Shown here piece by piece: positions 14,838 through 29,480 of a stretch of 64,000 nt of DNA. Origin of the DNA: the human T2T-CHM13v2.0 reference genome, Homo sapiens; NCBI RefSeq assembly GCF_009914755.1, contig NC_060932.1, one strand, 5' to 3'. Position 1 is the stretch's first letter. The number at the start of each line of letters is the position of its first letter. A program made the translations under genes and the position numbers. Below the pieces are notes generated by a model, which searched no databases, was not told the DNA's origin, and saw nothing but the letters and a program-made list of their open reading frames with translations.

Positions 14838-15182
14838 CTAGGATATAAAATGACAACAATTAAAAAAAACCCTGAAGGCCAAATTCATAAATAAAGATAA
14901 TTTTTCAAATTAGGGATAAAAGGTTTTAAGACGTTATCACTTATTTCTTTGCTTTTCAATTTCATTTATTTTTATATTTACTCCTTTATTATCAATGTGT
15001 CAATGCAGTAAGTAGTAACATAACTAAAATATGAAATGAAAAATGATTATTAATACACTGATATTACAATATACATATACGTGAAACCATATTAAACAAA
15101 TATTCCAAATATTTGTAAGGCAAGTTGTTGAAAACACATTGCCTGTAGTCTCCATGAGATACAGAATTGGGCATCTGTGACT

Positions 15183-15455
15183 GCTACGGACTGGGTATTT
15201 GTGTCCCCCCAAAAATTCACATGTTGAAGCCTAAACTCCCAATGTGACGGCATTTGGAGGTGGGGCTTTTGAGGTGTAGCTAGGTCACCAGTGTGGAGCC
15301 CTCATGAATGGGATTAGTGCCTGTCTGAGAAGAGCCTATCAGCACTTTGATCTTGGACTTCTAGCCTCCAGAACTGTGAGAAAGGCATTTTTCTTGTTTA
15401 AGCCACCTAGTGTATGATACTTCATTATAGCAGCTCCTTCTATATGACCAAGACA
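15183..15455 (+). mobile_element. MaLR LTR (MLT1A/MST-like), internally deleted
   Basis: TGCTACGGACTG...TGTGTCCCCCCAAAAATTCACATGTTGAA start; TTGATCTTGGACTTCTAGCCTCCAGAACTGTGAG. Confidence 0.75.
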
Positions 15456-15790
15456 ATGTCTCTCCAGTTATTTCTAGTCCTCCTGGAATCAGAGAGGGAG
15501 CAGAATGGGATTGGATGGCAGGAAGGGGATGTGGCCCTGAGAGTCTGGGAAATGGAGGAGCAGATCCAGGGCCTGGGGGAGCTGAGAGACACTGCCTTGA
15601 TAAACCATTCCCATTCAACTTGGTATCCTTCACACAAACACATACTAAGAAAGACAGAATTCTAAAACCATTTATAAATCATACTGAATCCCAGAACAAT
15701 ATATTTTAAACAACTTAAAAAAAAGAACAAAATAAAATAGCAAAACATTTTTAAGAGTGTAGATTCTTTGAAATTAAAGGACATACTTAC

Positions 15791-15935
15791 CCTGTAGTAC
15801 AACCTTCAAACATTCCAGTTTTTATAAAAAAGGGGCACACAATCGTGGTTTTGATCCCCTTTTGTTTTTGGACAAATGTTTCTACAAATACAGATTCAGC
15901 AAACCCAAAGGCTGCAAATTTACTTGCACAGTAAT
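15791..15935 (-). CDS. SDR16C5: SDR16C5 exon 5, (D)[15 protein letters not shown]...FEGCTT(G)
   Basis: Acceptor ttcag|AT, donor AGG|gtaagt; 145 nt; contains catalytic YxxxK (YCASK). Confidence 0.97.
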
Positions 15936-18042
15936 CTGAAAAAGACAAAGCATGATAACGTATATTCCAAAGTTTTAAAATGGCATTACATTAAGGTTTA
16001 CCCATAACGCTAACAGCGACAGAAAATAAGACAATTTCAGAGTTCTCCTTTTGTGTAATCTTGGTCTACTCCCACTGGAAGAAGTGAGCAGGGAGTGGGA
16101 AGGGACATGGTTAACTGAAGATCAGGGTCAGTTGACAATGACCAAGTAGAGCCCAGCACAAGAAGGGCTGCAGAGATCCTGTCTCAGGTCACACTGCTGG
16201 ACTTTACTTACAAGTAAATGCATTGTGAGCCCCTGTGCTAGTTCTTACATGGTGCCTTGTCTCAAAAAATTGCAATCCCATTGGGGCATGAAGACATTCA
16301 AAAGAAGAAATAAAACACTAAGTGATATAGGAATCTAGGCAAGAGAGGCCAGCATGGGTTGTGATTCTCAGATGAAGTTTTCTTCCAACTATAACTCTTT
16401 CCTTCACTTCCAGAAAAAAAAAAAGGGCTTGGTAGCTTCAACCTCCACCTCTTAAATACCTTGAAAATGTAGGGTGGGGGCAGAGGAAGGAGTGGAAAGT
16501 GGCATTTGTGTCCATTTTCAGCTTTTTGTCTTTAATCATACCTGTTTTAACAAAACATCTGACTATTCAGTTGACTAAGTGAAGAAGTTTGGAGAAGAAA
16601 TGGCATTGAGGTACATTAACACTTTCCTTTGCTCCACACATTCAGAGGAGGCATATTTAAACTTGCTATGTTACGGTGCAGCTACTGCAACTGGCAAGAG
16701 CCAGTTTATAAGCGCCAGGCGTGGGGTTGTCCAGCCCTAGTGCTGTCCAGACAGTGGGTCAGAGGCTAGAGACTGGGAAGGGGGACGAGGAGTCCAGAGC
16801 AGCTTCTAGGGTCATTGGAGTCATCAGGTATAAATGCAGCTGAGTCCCTTGACCCCTGAGATTCTGATGAGCAGATATGGCCCATGACCCAAGGAATCTG
16901 CATGCTAAACTGGCACCCCGGTGGTTCTGATGCAGGGGAGTAAAGACTCACACGGTGGGAAATACAAAAGGCTTATACTTGTTTCTAAGATGAGCTGCAG
17001 GTGCGAGAGTCCTGTATCTCAAGACAGGAATGTTCTGTCTGAAAAGGATTGATAAGGAGCTGTAAATATACCTGAATGATTTCAAAGGCCCGTGACAACA
17101 GATATATAAGAGGGAGGTAAGAATAATACCTGATAAGTTCTAAGAAGGAGAGAGGAAGGGAAGTCCTGGGTCATAAGGAGGATAGACTGGTGATATTTGG
17201 GGTGACTGGTGGTCCTGAAAAACCTATTCATGTAATAGATATACTGAGCTAAGACTGGTTTTGTGAATCTTGAACTACGCCACTTTGCTTCAAAAGCATT
17301 AGGAACCACCCAACTGGCAAACTGGCTTATCTGTTATCCGAATGTTGCTGCTACAGTTCTGTTGGATGAGTTTTAGCAATGTTTGTAAGCCAGGACTTGG
17401 GACATTTCCTCTAGGGGATGCTGTGGTAGGTTAGGTCAAGATTTCTATTCCTTCTAGAGCCAGCTCCCAAGTTGGGCCTCCTTGGTTGAGGGTCTTGAAG
17501 GATCTCTTTGCCCCCTCCCCACTGCTACTGTCAAGTCAGTTGGTTGTTGCAAGGGAGATGAAAATGCCCACCACTTCCTGCAGGTCTTCAACCAGTGGAA
17601 AAACAAAGCAGTTAACTTTAGGTATCTTGAGGTGTAGAAACTTTATCCAAACTCACAGCAGTGGGGAGACCACTTAAAGGAAACTTCAGGAGAAGACAGG
17701 GTCATCCTCCTTACCATCTGTGACAGTGTCAGTGTGAACTTTGGTGGACAGTTGTTTTGTTGATCACTTGTGCAAAAAATTTATCAGTGAGGCCTCTCTC
17801 TCTTTTAAACACAGGGTACTGCATAAGACCTAATGATTCCAAAGGGCATAGTCCAATTTCATGTAAGTCTATCTGATGGGCAGTTTTGCTACACGATGAA
17901 GTTATCAACCACTTATTGACTATACTTTTTAGTTTATTATCCTTTATCTTAGGGCATCAAGTCAGTGCTAATTATTCAGAGCTATTGTGTAAGTTAAAGT
18001 TATAGGGAATTTTGCAATTGTAAATTGCTATGTTTTTCTTAC

Positions 18043-18142
18043 CTGCCAGCCCATTTACTCCACTTAATCCAGCTGAACTTGAAATGCAAACCAAATGTCC
18101 ATGGTCATTAGCAATCATAGCAGGTAGAAAGGCTTTATAAGT
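18043..18142 (-). CDS. SDR16C5: SDR16C5 exon 4, [33 protein letters not shown]
   Basis: Acceptor ttcttag|ACT, donor GCAG|gtaag; 100 nt; contains the catalytic Ser region. Confidence 0.97.
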
Positions 18143-19140
18143 CTAAGAATACAAAGGAAAACTTTTAATGTTTAATGCCACATTGTATAATTTTCTCAGA
18201 TATTTATATACTCATTGTGATTAAAAAATCTTTTTTTTTCAGCCTGTAAAATATCTGAAGGTATGGGGATATAAAAACTTAAACATCTGGAAAGTAATCA
18301 TTTTAACTTATTTAACCTGTTAAATCAGTTTTTTATGGCAATTCCAGTATTATTAAAATAATTTATTCAGACTTATGTTTTTGCTCATATTTGACTTTTA
18401 ACGACACAATATTAAGACAAGAATTGAAGGAGTAAATCTTTGTTGTGGCAGCCACAACCCCAAACCTCACAAACATGATGCTTTAGATTTAGATTGCCTT
18501 CTCTCTGCTTAGCTTGATTTTGAGTTTCAAATTTTCCCTGAACATTGTTCACAGGACATCTGGCTGTTGACTTCAATTTTAAAAGAGCACTTTGTTTTAA
18601 ACTCATCTCTTATTTTTGTTCCATTTCATAAAACAGAATATCTATTAGAAAGAGGACACATCTGTATTCTGTCCAACACCTTCACCCTTGACTGGGGGCC
18701 TGGAGAAAGAAGGTAAAAGAGACAGAAATGAGCTTTTAAGGAAGACATCTTCTGCATCAAAGGAGTAACTAATCACACCAAAGACAAGGAGGTGAGAAAA
18801 GGGATCTCTTACAAAGGCCAAACCTCACTTGTTTGCCTGCATTGCAATAAGTCTCAGAGAGAAACTAACAGGTAGAGAGAGGTGGGAAATCAAAACAAAG
18901 CAAAAGGAAGCAGTGCAGCAAACACTCTGGGGTCTGCCATGAGTTGGGACACTTCTCAGTAGGGACACTGCCTTTGAGAGCCCAGCCTTCAGGTAGCTCT
19001 TGGACGCTCTAGCAGTTAAGTCACTGTCTTTGTGCCTGGCAATGTGCAGATGCTCAAAGAATGTACATGAACTTGCCCAGAAGAAGTAAAGGGAGTGAGA
19101 TGACATGAGGAGTGGTAGGAGCCAGGGAAACACCAGCACT

Positions 19141-19520
19141 GAAGGAAGAGGAGGAAAAGGAAGAGGAGGTAGAGGAGGAGTTGGAGTTGGAGGAAGAAGA
19201 AGAAGGAGGAAGAGGAGGAAGGAGGAGGAGAAGGAAGGAGGAGGAGGAGGGAGGAGGAGGAGGAGGAAGGAGGAGGAGGAGGGAGGAGGAGGAGGAAGGA
19301 GGAGGAGGAAGGAGGAGGAGGAGGAAGGAGGAGGAGGAGGAAGGAGGAGGAGGAGGAAGGAGGAGGAGGAAGGAGGAGGAGGAGGAAGGAGGAGGAGGAG
19401 GAAGGAGGAGGAGGAAGGAGGAGGAGGAGGAAGGAGGAGGAGGAAGGAGGAGGAGGAAGGAGGAGGAGGAGGAAGGAGGAAGAGGAAGAAGAAGAAAAGA
19501 AGAAAAGAGAGAGAGAGAGA
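19141..19520. repeat. Polypurine (GGA)n/GGAA compound tandem repeat in intron 3
   Basis: About 380 nt of near-pure G/A. Confidence 0.95.
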
Positions 19521-19578
19521 CAGACACCATGAAGGCACCTGGGGAAAAACAGAGAGGTAGGAAAAGAACACAAAGCCA

Positions 19579-20091
<513 letters not shown>

Positions 20092-20289
20092 TTACATTTT
20101 TGGTGGAAATAGGGGACAGAAAATCTACAAATTCCAAATTACATTTGAAGGCTGCTAAAGAAGACTTGGGTGGAAAGGTGTGAGGAGAATGGAGGAGGAG
20201 CTCAGAAATCTCCAGCAAAGACTCCCAAGAGAGAGCCTTGCCCAGGAATGACGAGCTACGAGCAGGGCTGGAACCAAACAGGTCAAAAG

Positions 20290-20590
20290 TCCTGTGATCC
20301 CAGCACTGTGGGAGGCCAAGGCAGGCGGAACACTTGAGGCCAGGAGTTCAAGACCAGCTTGGCCAATGTGGTGAAACCCTGTCTCTACTAAAAACACAAA
20401 AAATTAGTTGGGTGTGGTGGCGCGCACCTGTAATCCCAGCTACTCAGGTGGCTGAGGCACGAGAATCGCTTGAATCCGGGAGGTTGGAGGTTGCAGTGAG
20501 CTGAGATCACACCACTGAACTCCAGCCTGGGAGACAGAATGAGACTCTGTCTCAAAAAATTAAAATAAAATGATAAAGTAAAATAAAAAT
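20290..20590 (+). mobile_element. Alu, slightly 5' truncated
   Basis: CCTGTGATCCCAGCACT start through an A-rich tail. Confidence 0.9.
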
Positions 20591-21294
20591 ACAACTTTTA
20601 ATAAAAGCTGGGAGAGGCAGCAAGAGGGTGCATGCATAGTGTGGGGAGGCCTGAGATGGCTGGTCTCAGCAAAGGCCAGAAACATGCAACTTCTGGAATT
20701 GAGTGGGTGGCTTTAGAAGTCAGGACTGTGCTTTTAGCGCTGGTAGCAGGTGGTAACCTGGGTTACCAGTGGAACCTCTAATTTCTCTGGTTGGGTACTA
20801 ACTAAGGTGACTATAGGTTTTGGTTTGCCCATAACAGACCTGATTAACACTTGCTCATTAATAATGCTGAATTTCACTTCCAAAAGTGTCCCAGCTTAGG
20901 CAAATTACAAAGCTACCCTGGTCCTGTCTAAGTGCAGTTGCTCGCTATGTAGCCTGGAGCAAATCTTTTAAGTTCTATGATCCCTTATCTCACCGAGCTG
21001 TTTTAAGGAAAATATGTGAGCCACCTGGAGTATTTCCTAACATTTGCAGCTAATCAATACATGGTAGCAGGACCATGAGGACAGTTCTGTCCTTGTAGAA
21101 TTCCCTAAGCAGAGGTCCTGGGGGCTGTAGATTAAGTGGCATCAGAAAAGGACAACTGTGTAGAACAGGACAAGTCCAAAACTGAGAAGTCTCTGCTTTA
21201 CTTAGAGGCTAATAATATTGTAAAAGAGCAAGAGGAAAATACTTCCAAATGCCAGAATAATTTTACATTTATGATGAGAAGAAACAATTATTAC

Positions 21295-21426
21295 CCATAA
21301 ATGTGCTTTGAAATTCACATCAAATGACTTTTCCATAAGCTCATCTGGACAGTCAAGGAACTTTTTGCCTGTTACGATTCCGGCATTGTTGATTAGGATG
21401 GAAACATCGCCGACTTCTTTTTTAAC
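21295..21426 (-). CDS. SDR16C5: SDR16C5 exon 3, [16 protein letters not shown]...FKAHLW
   Basis: Acceptor tcag|GTT, donor TGG|gtaa; 132 nt, phase 0/0; contains the SDR NNAG motif. Confidence 0.97.
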
Positions 21427-21526
21427 CTGAATTGAATAAGAGCAACACCACCAATGTAGTAATTCCTTACATGGGCTAGGTTTTATTTTCCCAGAGTTTT
21501 ATGTTTTTTTTATCCTGGTTAATTCA

Positions 21527-22210
<684 letters not shown>

Positions 22211-22478
22211 TCCAGAGATCAAGTTTTGATGTGCTTTTCCCATTTTTCTCTTCTTAAAATGAGTCCATGTTCAAAATGCTACTTTCTGTTTACAGTTAGA
22301 GCTGTTCTTCTACTCAGTGGTTAGTAACTTTGTTCTGTGCTCTGTATGTGGCATTTCATTTTAATCAATATGATGGGACATAAGAATAGCTTCATTATAG
22401 CCAAATGTGACATAGATCAAGACCTCACACACGGAGAAGGGGCTGGATTAGGGAATAAATAGAGGAAAAGAGAAAGTA

Positions 22479-22825
22479 CAGTCATAAATCACTTAACAAT
22501 GGAGATACATTCTGAGAAGTGCATTGTTAGGTGACTTGGTTGCTATGTGAAGATCACAGAGTGTACTTAATAAACCTAGATGTGTGCCTACTACACATCT
22601 TAGGCCATATGGTAGAGCCTATTGCTCCTAGGCTACCCACCTGTACAGTGTGTTACTATACTGAACACTGTAGGCAACTGTTAACACATTGGTTAAGTAT
22701 TTGTGTATCTAATCATAGAACATTGGGACAGTAAAAATACTGTAATAATCTGTCCCATAATGTGGGACCACCATTTTGTATATGGTCCATCACTGACCAA
22801 AATGTCATTATATGGTGCACGACTG
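22479..22825. mobile_element. Tigger3a/MER7-like non-autonomous Tc1/mariner DNA transposon
   Basis: CAGTC...GACTG termini flanked by TA dinucleotides; internal sequence resembles Tigger3 as I recall it. Confidence 0.85.
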
Positions 22826-23031
22826 TATATATTTTAAACACACAGCACAGATTAGAATCTGCCTGTCCTGTTTTCATCAACTGGCTGGTTTTCTTCTTTC
22901 CAAGGATGGACTTCCTGAACTCAAGGCTAAGCTATGGCCTAGGGATACAAGCTTTCAAAGTTATTGGAGACTCAGCAGAGACAAAACGCTGTCATATCAC
23001 TCTGAAAGCTTTCTCTTTGATTGCTCGTCTA

Positions 23032-23352
<321 letters not shown>

Positions 23353-24098
23353 TTATCTGGTACTTTCCTTTCTATCCAGAATAAAAAGTGGAAATGGTGG
23401 GTTTATAAGGATGGGGAGTAATTTCCTTCCCCTGAATTCAGAGGAGCACATAAGTAATTCCCTCAAGACCCCACAGTGATAAAACCTGAATAATAAGCTA
23501 GTAATATGACATGTTTGGCTGTTTCTGAAGTCAAGCACCTGGGGCAGAACTAAATCACAGTTACAGGGAAAAGGGAAGTAATTATTTATAGAGTGCTTCA
23601 TACTAGTTTATCCCATAGCTAACAATCTTCATCGTTTGAACATCAACCGGTTATTGCTTAAGGCTGGCCAGATAAATTGTAGTCAGTGTAAGTCAACATG
23701 CCAGGTGATCAGTGCTTAACTTCTAAGTAGCTGAATTTGTGAGATCAGCTGTGCTTGGAAGAGTGGGCCCAGCGTAGGCCCGAGCAAATTTGTCAGGTGT
23801 GGATCTCCAGCCTGTACTGGGCAGCCTGTGTTTGGAGATGGTGGTGGCAGAGAGGTAAAATGTAAAGACAAACTTGAAAGTCATAAACTTATCTGCCAGG
23901 GACCTGCAAACCTTAGCAAGGAAATCCTGATTGAGCCTAGAAGCTAAGGAGCAACTTTACAATGTAGTCAGGCTGCTCACGGCAGGCTTGGTTGGTTCTT
24001 CCCTTCTCAATAAGTTGGGCAATTCTGGGAGGCACAAAGTGTCCCAGGAGAGTGATGAGTGAAGTACTCAAGCCAATATGAGGACACAAAAATCCTTA

Positions 24099-24397
<299 letters not shown>

Positions 24398-25150
24398 TTC
24401 CTTGTGAGGGACGGGCACGTGCCTCTATGATGGTAAGAAAATCCCTACCATCTTCATGTCAGAGCTTTGGTTTCCTGAAAGCTTTATGTGTGTATCTGTA
24501 TAAACCCCAAAGAAGAAAATATAGCTGAGTCTTTAGGATTAATAAAAGATTCTGATTGTCTTATGACTACTTAAGAGCAATACACATTCGAACGTAGGGT
24601 ACTGTGGTGGAGTGGACACAGCCTAAATTTAAAATCAGACAGAATATGGATTCAAATCCTGCTTCCATCACACACCAGGTCTGTGACCGCTGGACAGGTT
24701 ATTTAATGTCTCTGTATCTCGAGTCCTTATTCTTAAAGAAGGATGCCTCTATCCCTCCATTAACTTACACTGTAATAGGGGCCGGTATGGTCCGTGCAGT
24801 GTAATGTTAGAAGCAGGTACTCAGGTGTCAATAGATGCAAGTGGCAGCTATAGTCTTGCTGTTTACTAACTGTGTTTCTTAGGGCAGCTACATCCCTGCC
24901 CTAAGCCTTAGTCTCCTTACTTGTGAAATAGGGATAATAATGGGTTTTACTTTATAAGGTTATAATACATACATGGTAGTTAGTACAGTGTCTTTGCATA
25001 CAATAAGAATTCAAAAATCCCAATTCCCATTCTCCCATAATCTTGTTTACATTAAAGGGACACTGGAGACAGGCTAATAGGCACTGAGAAAGGCAAGTGA
25101 AAAAGAGTGTGATGTGTATCAAATTATAATAGTAAACACACAAGAGTTAC

Positions 25151-25483
25151 CTGGTCGGCTACTCTATACACTCCTTCCTTTTGGCTGCAATCGCAGGTAT
25201 AGGCGTGCACTCTTGTGGCTCCAGCTTCCCGAGCCATCTTACATGTTTCCTCATTCCCCTCCTTATTGATATCCCAGAGAACAAGAACAGATCCCAGCCG
25301 GGCAAACTGCAAGGCTAAGAGCCTTCCGAGTCCACTTCCAGCACCTGTGATGAGGACTATTTCACCAGCAACGTTCTTCCGTGGCTTTGGGAGTAAGGCA
25401 AAAATCATAGCCTCCAGAAGACTAAACAGTGATTTTCCTAAGAAAATGAACAGTTTCTTTGATGATTGCAGGTTGAAAGACAT
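25151..25483 (-). CDS. SDR16C5: SDR16C5 first coding exon (exon 2), aa 1-111 [10 protein letters not shown]...YRVADQ, with Rossmann TGAGSGLG and WD
   Basis: ATG at 25483 (CCAGAACATGT); acceptor tctttcttcacag|G at 25497; donor CAG|gtaact at 25151; 333 nt, phase 0. Confidence 0.97.
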
Positions 25484-28009
25484 GTTCTGGCTGACACCTG
25501 TGAAGAAAGACAGATTCACATGAAGACTTATTTGTCCATTTCCTCTGAGTTGTTTACTCCACGGAGCTCCTATTTTCTGAAACAGTGAAAGTAACTGAGA
25601 TATGTGATTTAAACAGCTCTCCTGGTAGCAGACTCTGTATTCAGAAAGTGGGAGGAGGAAGCCACAGGGACTATACTTATTCGGCTTTCTTACTTGGCCC
25701 CAGGCTCAGCATGTTATTTGCATGCCTGCTATGTGCAGTACACAACAGAAATGTTTGTTAACCAGGAACTGTAACCACCACACCCAAATTTAACACAAAA
25801 GAATAAGTTCATTATTGCTCATAGTTAGCCTTTCTTCATAATAATAATGAATCCTGTTGGCTGATTTTATGTTCAAAGTCTTGACCACATCACAATGTTT
25901 ATAACATCATTACTACCTCTCTGGCTTTATGTTTCTCTCCTTTGATGTTTGTGCTTTCTCATTTGCATTCTCGTTAATTTTGCATTACTATTTAAAATCT
26001 GAGATTTGAGAGGAAAATGTAAAGTCCTATTTGTAGAAAGCATTTGACAGGAAGTAACCAGATGTTCTAGACCTTTTCCGACAGATTTGCAATCAGCACC
26101 AGATAGCCCTTCCCTAGGCTCTGAGGTCCCCGCACCAACAGCTCTATATCACTTACCACTCTGTGTGATTAAAGGTCACAGGCGAGGCAGACCTGGACTC
26201 CTGCCCTGCACTGCCTCTGCCTACCTGTGAACCCCATGGCGGGGGTTCTCTTGGCCTTACACTGGGCCTTGGTCTCTTCATCTATATTGGTCCCGTGGCA
26301 TAGGGTGTTTTTGCAGATGAAATGAGAATGTTCCACGTATGACCACAATGCCTGGCTTATAGTCAGTGCTTTACAGATGTTATCACATTTCTCAGATTCA
26401 TAGTGCTGCCCACCAAGAAGGCATCCACTAGGTCTGCTGAATGAATAAAAGGCCTCCCCTTGACAAACTCATACAGAGCTTAGTGCTTACATCCTGCTAC
26501 CAGTTACTCACACTTTAGTGTGAATGAATATATAAGGTGTGCTTTACTAACCACTAGCTGAGAAAGAAGGGAAGGTCTTATTTCCTTCAGGATGGGAACA
26601 GAAGACATATTTAGCAGACAGCATACTGTGCTGGGGGTGGGAGCCTTCTCTGAATGGGGTGTTTAATTGAGAGGCTCAGACAAAGGCACAGGTGTGAGGA
26701 GACAGGAGGGGAGTAATGAAAAAAGAGCAGGTCTTCACAGTTTGGCTGAAGTCAGCCTAGTTGCGGTTAATGAGTAAGGGTGGATAGATTCATCTACAGG
26801 AGGACTTGGTATGTGGTCACACCCTTAGGAAATGTCGAGAGTCGATGCAACCCAGGCTGTTGTTCCTGGCTTATTGTACAGATGAGACTGAGGATCGAAG
26901 AGAAGATGTATGTGACTTGTTCAGGGTCCCTGTGCTGGTTAGCTGGTGAGGGCCAGATTGGTTCATGTGTTATGTTTATTGAGTATCCACCCTGTGCTGG
27001 TTCTATCTGGGCACTGGGGCTGAGGGGATGGGCAGCCTCTCATAATCTCTGTGCAGGTGAGCCAAGTAATCTAGTTGAAGAGACGTATTCAACAAATAAA
27101 CAGATCGTTATAAGCCATAGTGTTATAAAGAAAAGTGCAGTGTGCTATGGAGAGGATGATCGGAGAGCTGATTCAGATTGGGCTTGGGAGAGGAAGCAAC
27201 AGATGTCTGCTGGAAAGTGACCCTTTGAGTGGATATCCAAATGATGATGGTGGGAGGTAGGGATATTGAGCAGTAGCTTTCCTGGCAGAGGGACAAAATA
27301 GTTTGTTTTAAGGCAGGTTTGACCTGTGTGTCCAGGGCTGTCCAGAGAATAAGAATGTTTGCTCTAAGGAACATGGATGCTCTGGTCAAATGAAGAACGT
27401 TTTCATCCATGCTTTGATGAAATAGACCTCAAACTCTCTGTGATCTTTGCTCTGATTTACATTCACAGAGTAACTTTTGAATGATTGATCAGGCCTCTCA
27501 GGCACTGCAGAACTTGAAAAGGTGTCCTGAAAGAGGACTCTCATATCAAATACATGGAGCCTGTACCTGTGGATCTGCAAGGATGAGGGTCAGACTGTGC
27601 ACACAGTAATGGGAAACCCTAGGCGCCCTTCTCAGACAGCAGCCTGGGCGTCGCCAACTTTGGAAAATCCACACCAGGAGTAGTTGGTCAGACCACCACA
27701 TTCCCTTTTATATCACTATGTGAATTCACATAGAGGGACAGAGGTCTACTTCTCCCATCACAGGGCTCCAGCACCTCAGCAGTGGCCAGAAGTCTCAACA
27801 TTGACCTGGGTGACATGAACGCTCTTAATGTCAGGACATTCTAGATTTCAGTGTTCCACTGTCTCAATGTTGGCTTGATGCAAGACCTAAAATATGTCCA
27901 TCTTTTAACCCTGTCTTGGCAGATGCTTACTAGATTTCTAAGAGCTTGTCAGCCTGAGTTACCTCCCTTCCCCAGTTGAAGTTTAGGGTGCCTGCTGGGT
28001 ACCCACACA

Positions 28010-28225
28010 GGCAATGAGGTCTAGAGATTAAAGTTTGGGTTGGAATTCCAGATATATCACTGATTTTCCCTGCAACTTTGGTAGAAATGATTTAATCTCT
28101 TGTGCCTCAGTTTCCTCCTCTAAAAAGGGAGTTTCTAATAGTGCATAGGAATACTTACCACACAGAGGAGCTGTGAGAATTAAACCAGTTTATATAGGTA
28201 AAGTTTTAAGGAGCATTATGTGGTC
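28010..28225 (+). mobile_element. MIR
   Basis: TTTAATCTCTTGTGCCTCAGTTTCCTCCTCTAAAAAGGG core. Confidence 0.65.
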
Positions 28226-28649
28226 ACTACTAGCTTGTGTGAAACCTTCGAACAAATTAGAAAAAAAAAAAAAAAAAAGGCATTGCCCTGCACAAAGTCC
28301 TCTGCGGGGTGCAAGGGGTTGGGGAGGGGGTGCAAGAGGAGCTGTTTGGATTTCAACACCTGCCAGCTTACATGTCTCCCCCTCTGCTCCTCAATCCCCA
28401 TAATAATGTGGCACAGCCATAAAACATGGAGGCCTTTCTAGAACAGTGCCAGGCACAGAATGACAGCAAAATAATTAATGGCTAGAACTTCCACTGGTCC
28501 TGTTAAGCATATGAATTAATAATCCCTGGCTATATCAATTAAATATGGTTATAGTATACTTACAAACAAGAGTGAATGTACGGTTCCATTTTACTGCAAA
28601 GACTTTCCTAGAATGTTACGGAGCGTATACAATTTAATCTGGCAGAAGT

Positions 28650-29480
28650 CTTCTAGGTGTCCCTATCTCGCGGCCTACCCAATCCAAACAGGCGCCCTCG
28701 GCTTCCCATACCAGTGCGCGGCAGCAAGTCGGCTCTGGTGAGGGCACCCGGACGAAACGGGAGGGCAGACAGACTGACAATCACAGCTTGGGTTGAAAGG
28801 GGTGATATGGGGGTTGATATCCACCCGGAAGGTGGATGCACTGAGCAGCAGAGAGCAGGGAACCTGGGCAGAACGGACCGAAGAAGAGGGTCCGGGGAGG
28901 CATCCTGCCCTCTGCTCCGGGTGGGGAGGGAGGCTGGCAGCTCACCCCCGGGGGCGAGGGGTCTGCGTTAGCCGTAGCCACGGGAGCCCGGGCTTCTGGG
29001 ACGCTCAGCCGTGCGCTACCCGGTGCAGCTGCTTTCTCACCAGCTCGCGGGTGGGTCCTGCCGCGGCTCGGCGACCCGCGCCCCCTTGCGAGCGACCCAG
29101 CGTGAAACCAGCCCAAAGGGCGGCCTCGCCCGACCCCCGCCAGCGCGACCTCCTCCGGGAGCCAGCACCCAGGACCGACGACCTCGGCAACTTACCCAGG
29201 ACACTCTCCCTAGCTGTCCGCGGAGAAGCCGGCCTCGTCTGCCCCAGGCACCCGAGTCCCTGGCTCGGAGCTCAGTCAGGTTCAGGTGTTTATCCAGGCG
29301 CCGCCCAAGTCCAAGGGCGGGACGGCCGCGGCAGCGCCAGGGGTGGGGCCGGCCGTAGCCCCAGCGCGCGACGTGGGCAGCACTCCCATCTTCTTTTTCT
29401 GGACCTGCAGATTTAAGAAGCTGGAAATTCGGTGGTGGAAACTGGATGCGTGCGCCGGATTTCTCTTCGGCTTAACGTTT
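28650..29480. promoter_or_regulatory. CpG island / SDR16C5 promoter with GC boxes
   Basis: Dense CpG and high GC in an otherwise CpG-depleted window; GGGCGG at 29315-29320 and GGGGTGGGG at about 29340. Confidence 0.85.
29196..29310 (-). other. SDR16C5: Probable non-coding exon 1 of SDR16C5
   Basis: Strong donor TGG|gtaagt at 29196/29195 inside the CpG island; no upstream ATG in the segment; 5' boundary approximate. Confidence 0.65.

Noticed and set aside
25484-25519. N-terminal extension [12 protein letters not shown] in ORF 25124..25519
   Set aside because: Its ATG lies in the intron 1 polypyrimidine region, upstream of the acceptor at 25497; the real start is 25483.
27716-27733. Perfect 18-bp palindrome CTATGTGAATTCACATAG
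   Set aside because: About 0.2-0.3 such palindromes are expected by chance in 64 kb, and there is no supporting context.
27802-27816. DR3-like nuclear receptor motif TGACCTgggTGACAT
   Set aside because: A single imperfect motif at chance level, with no binding data.
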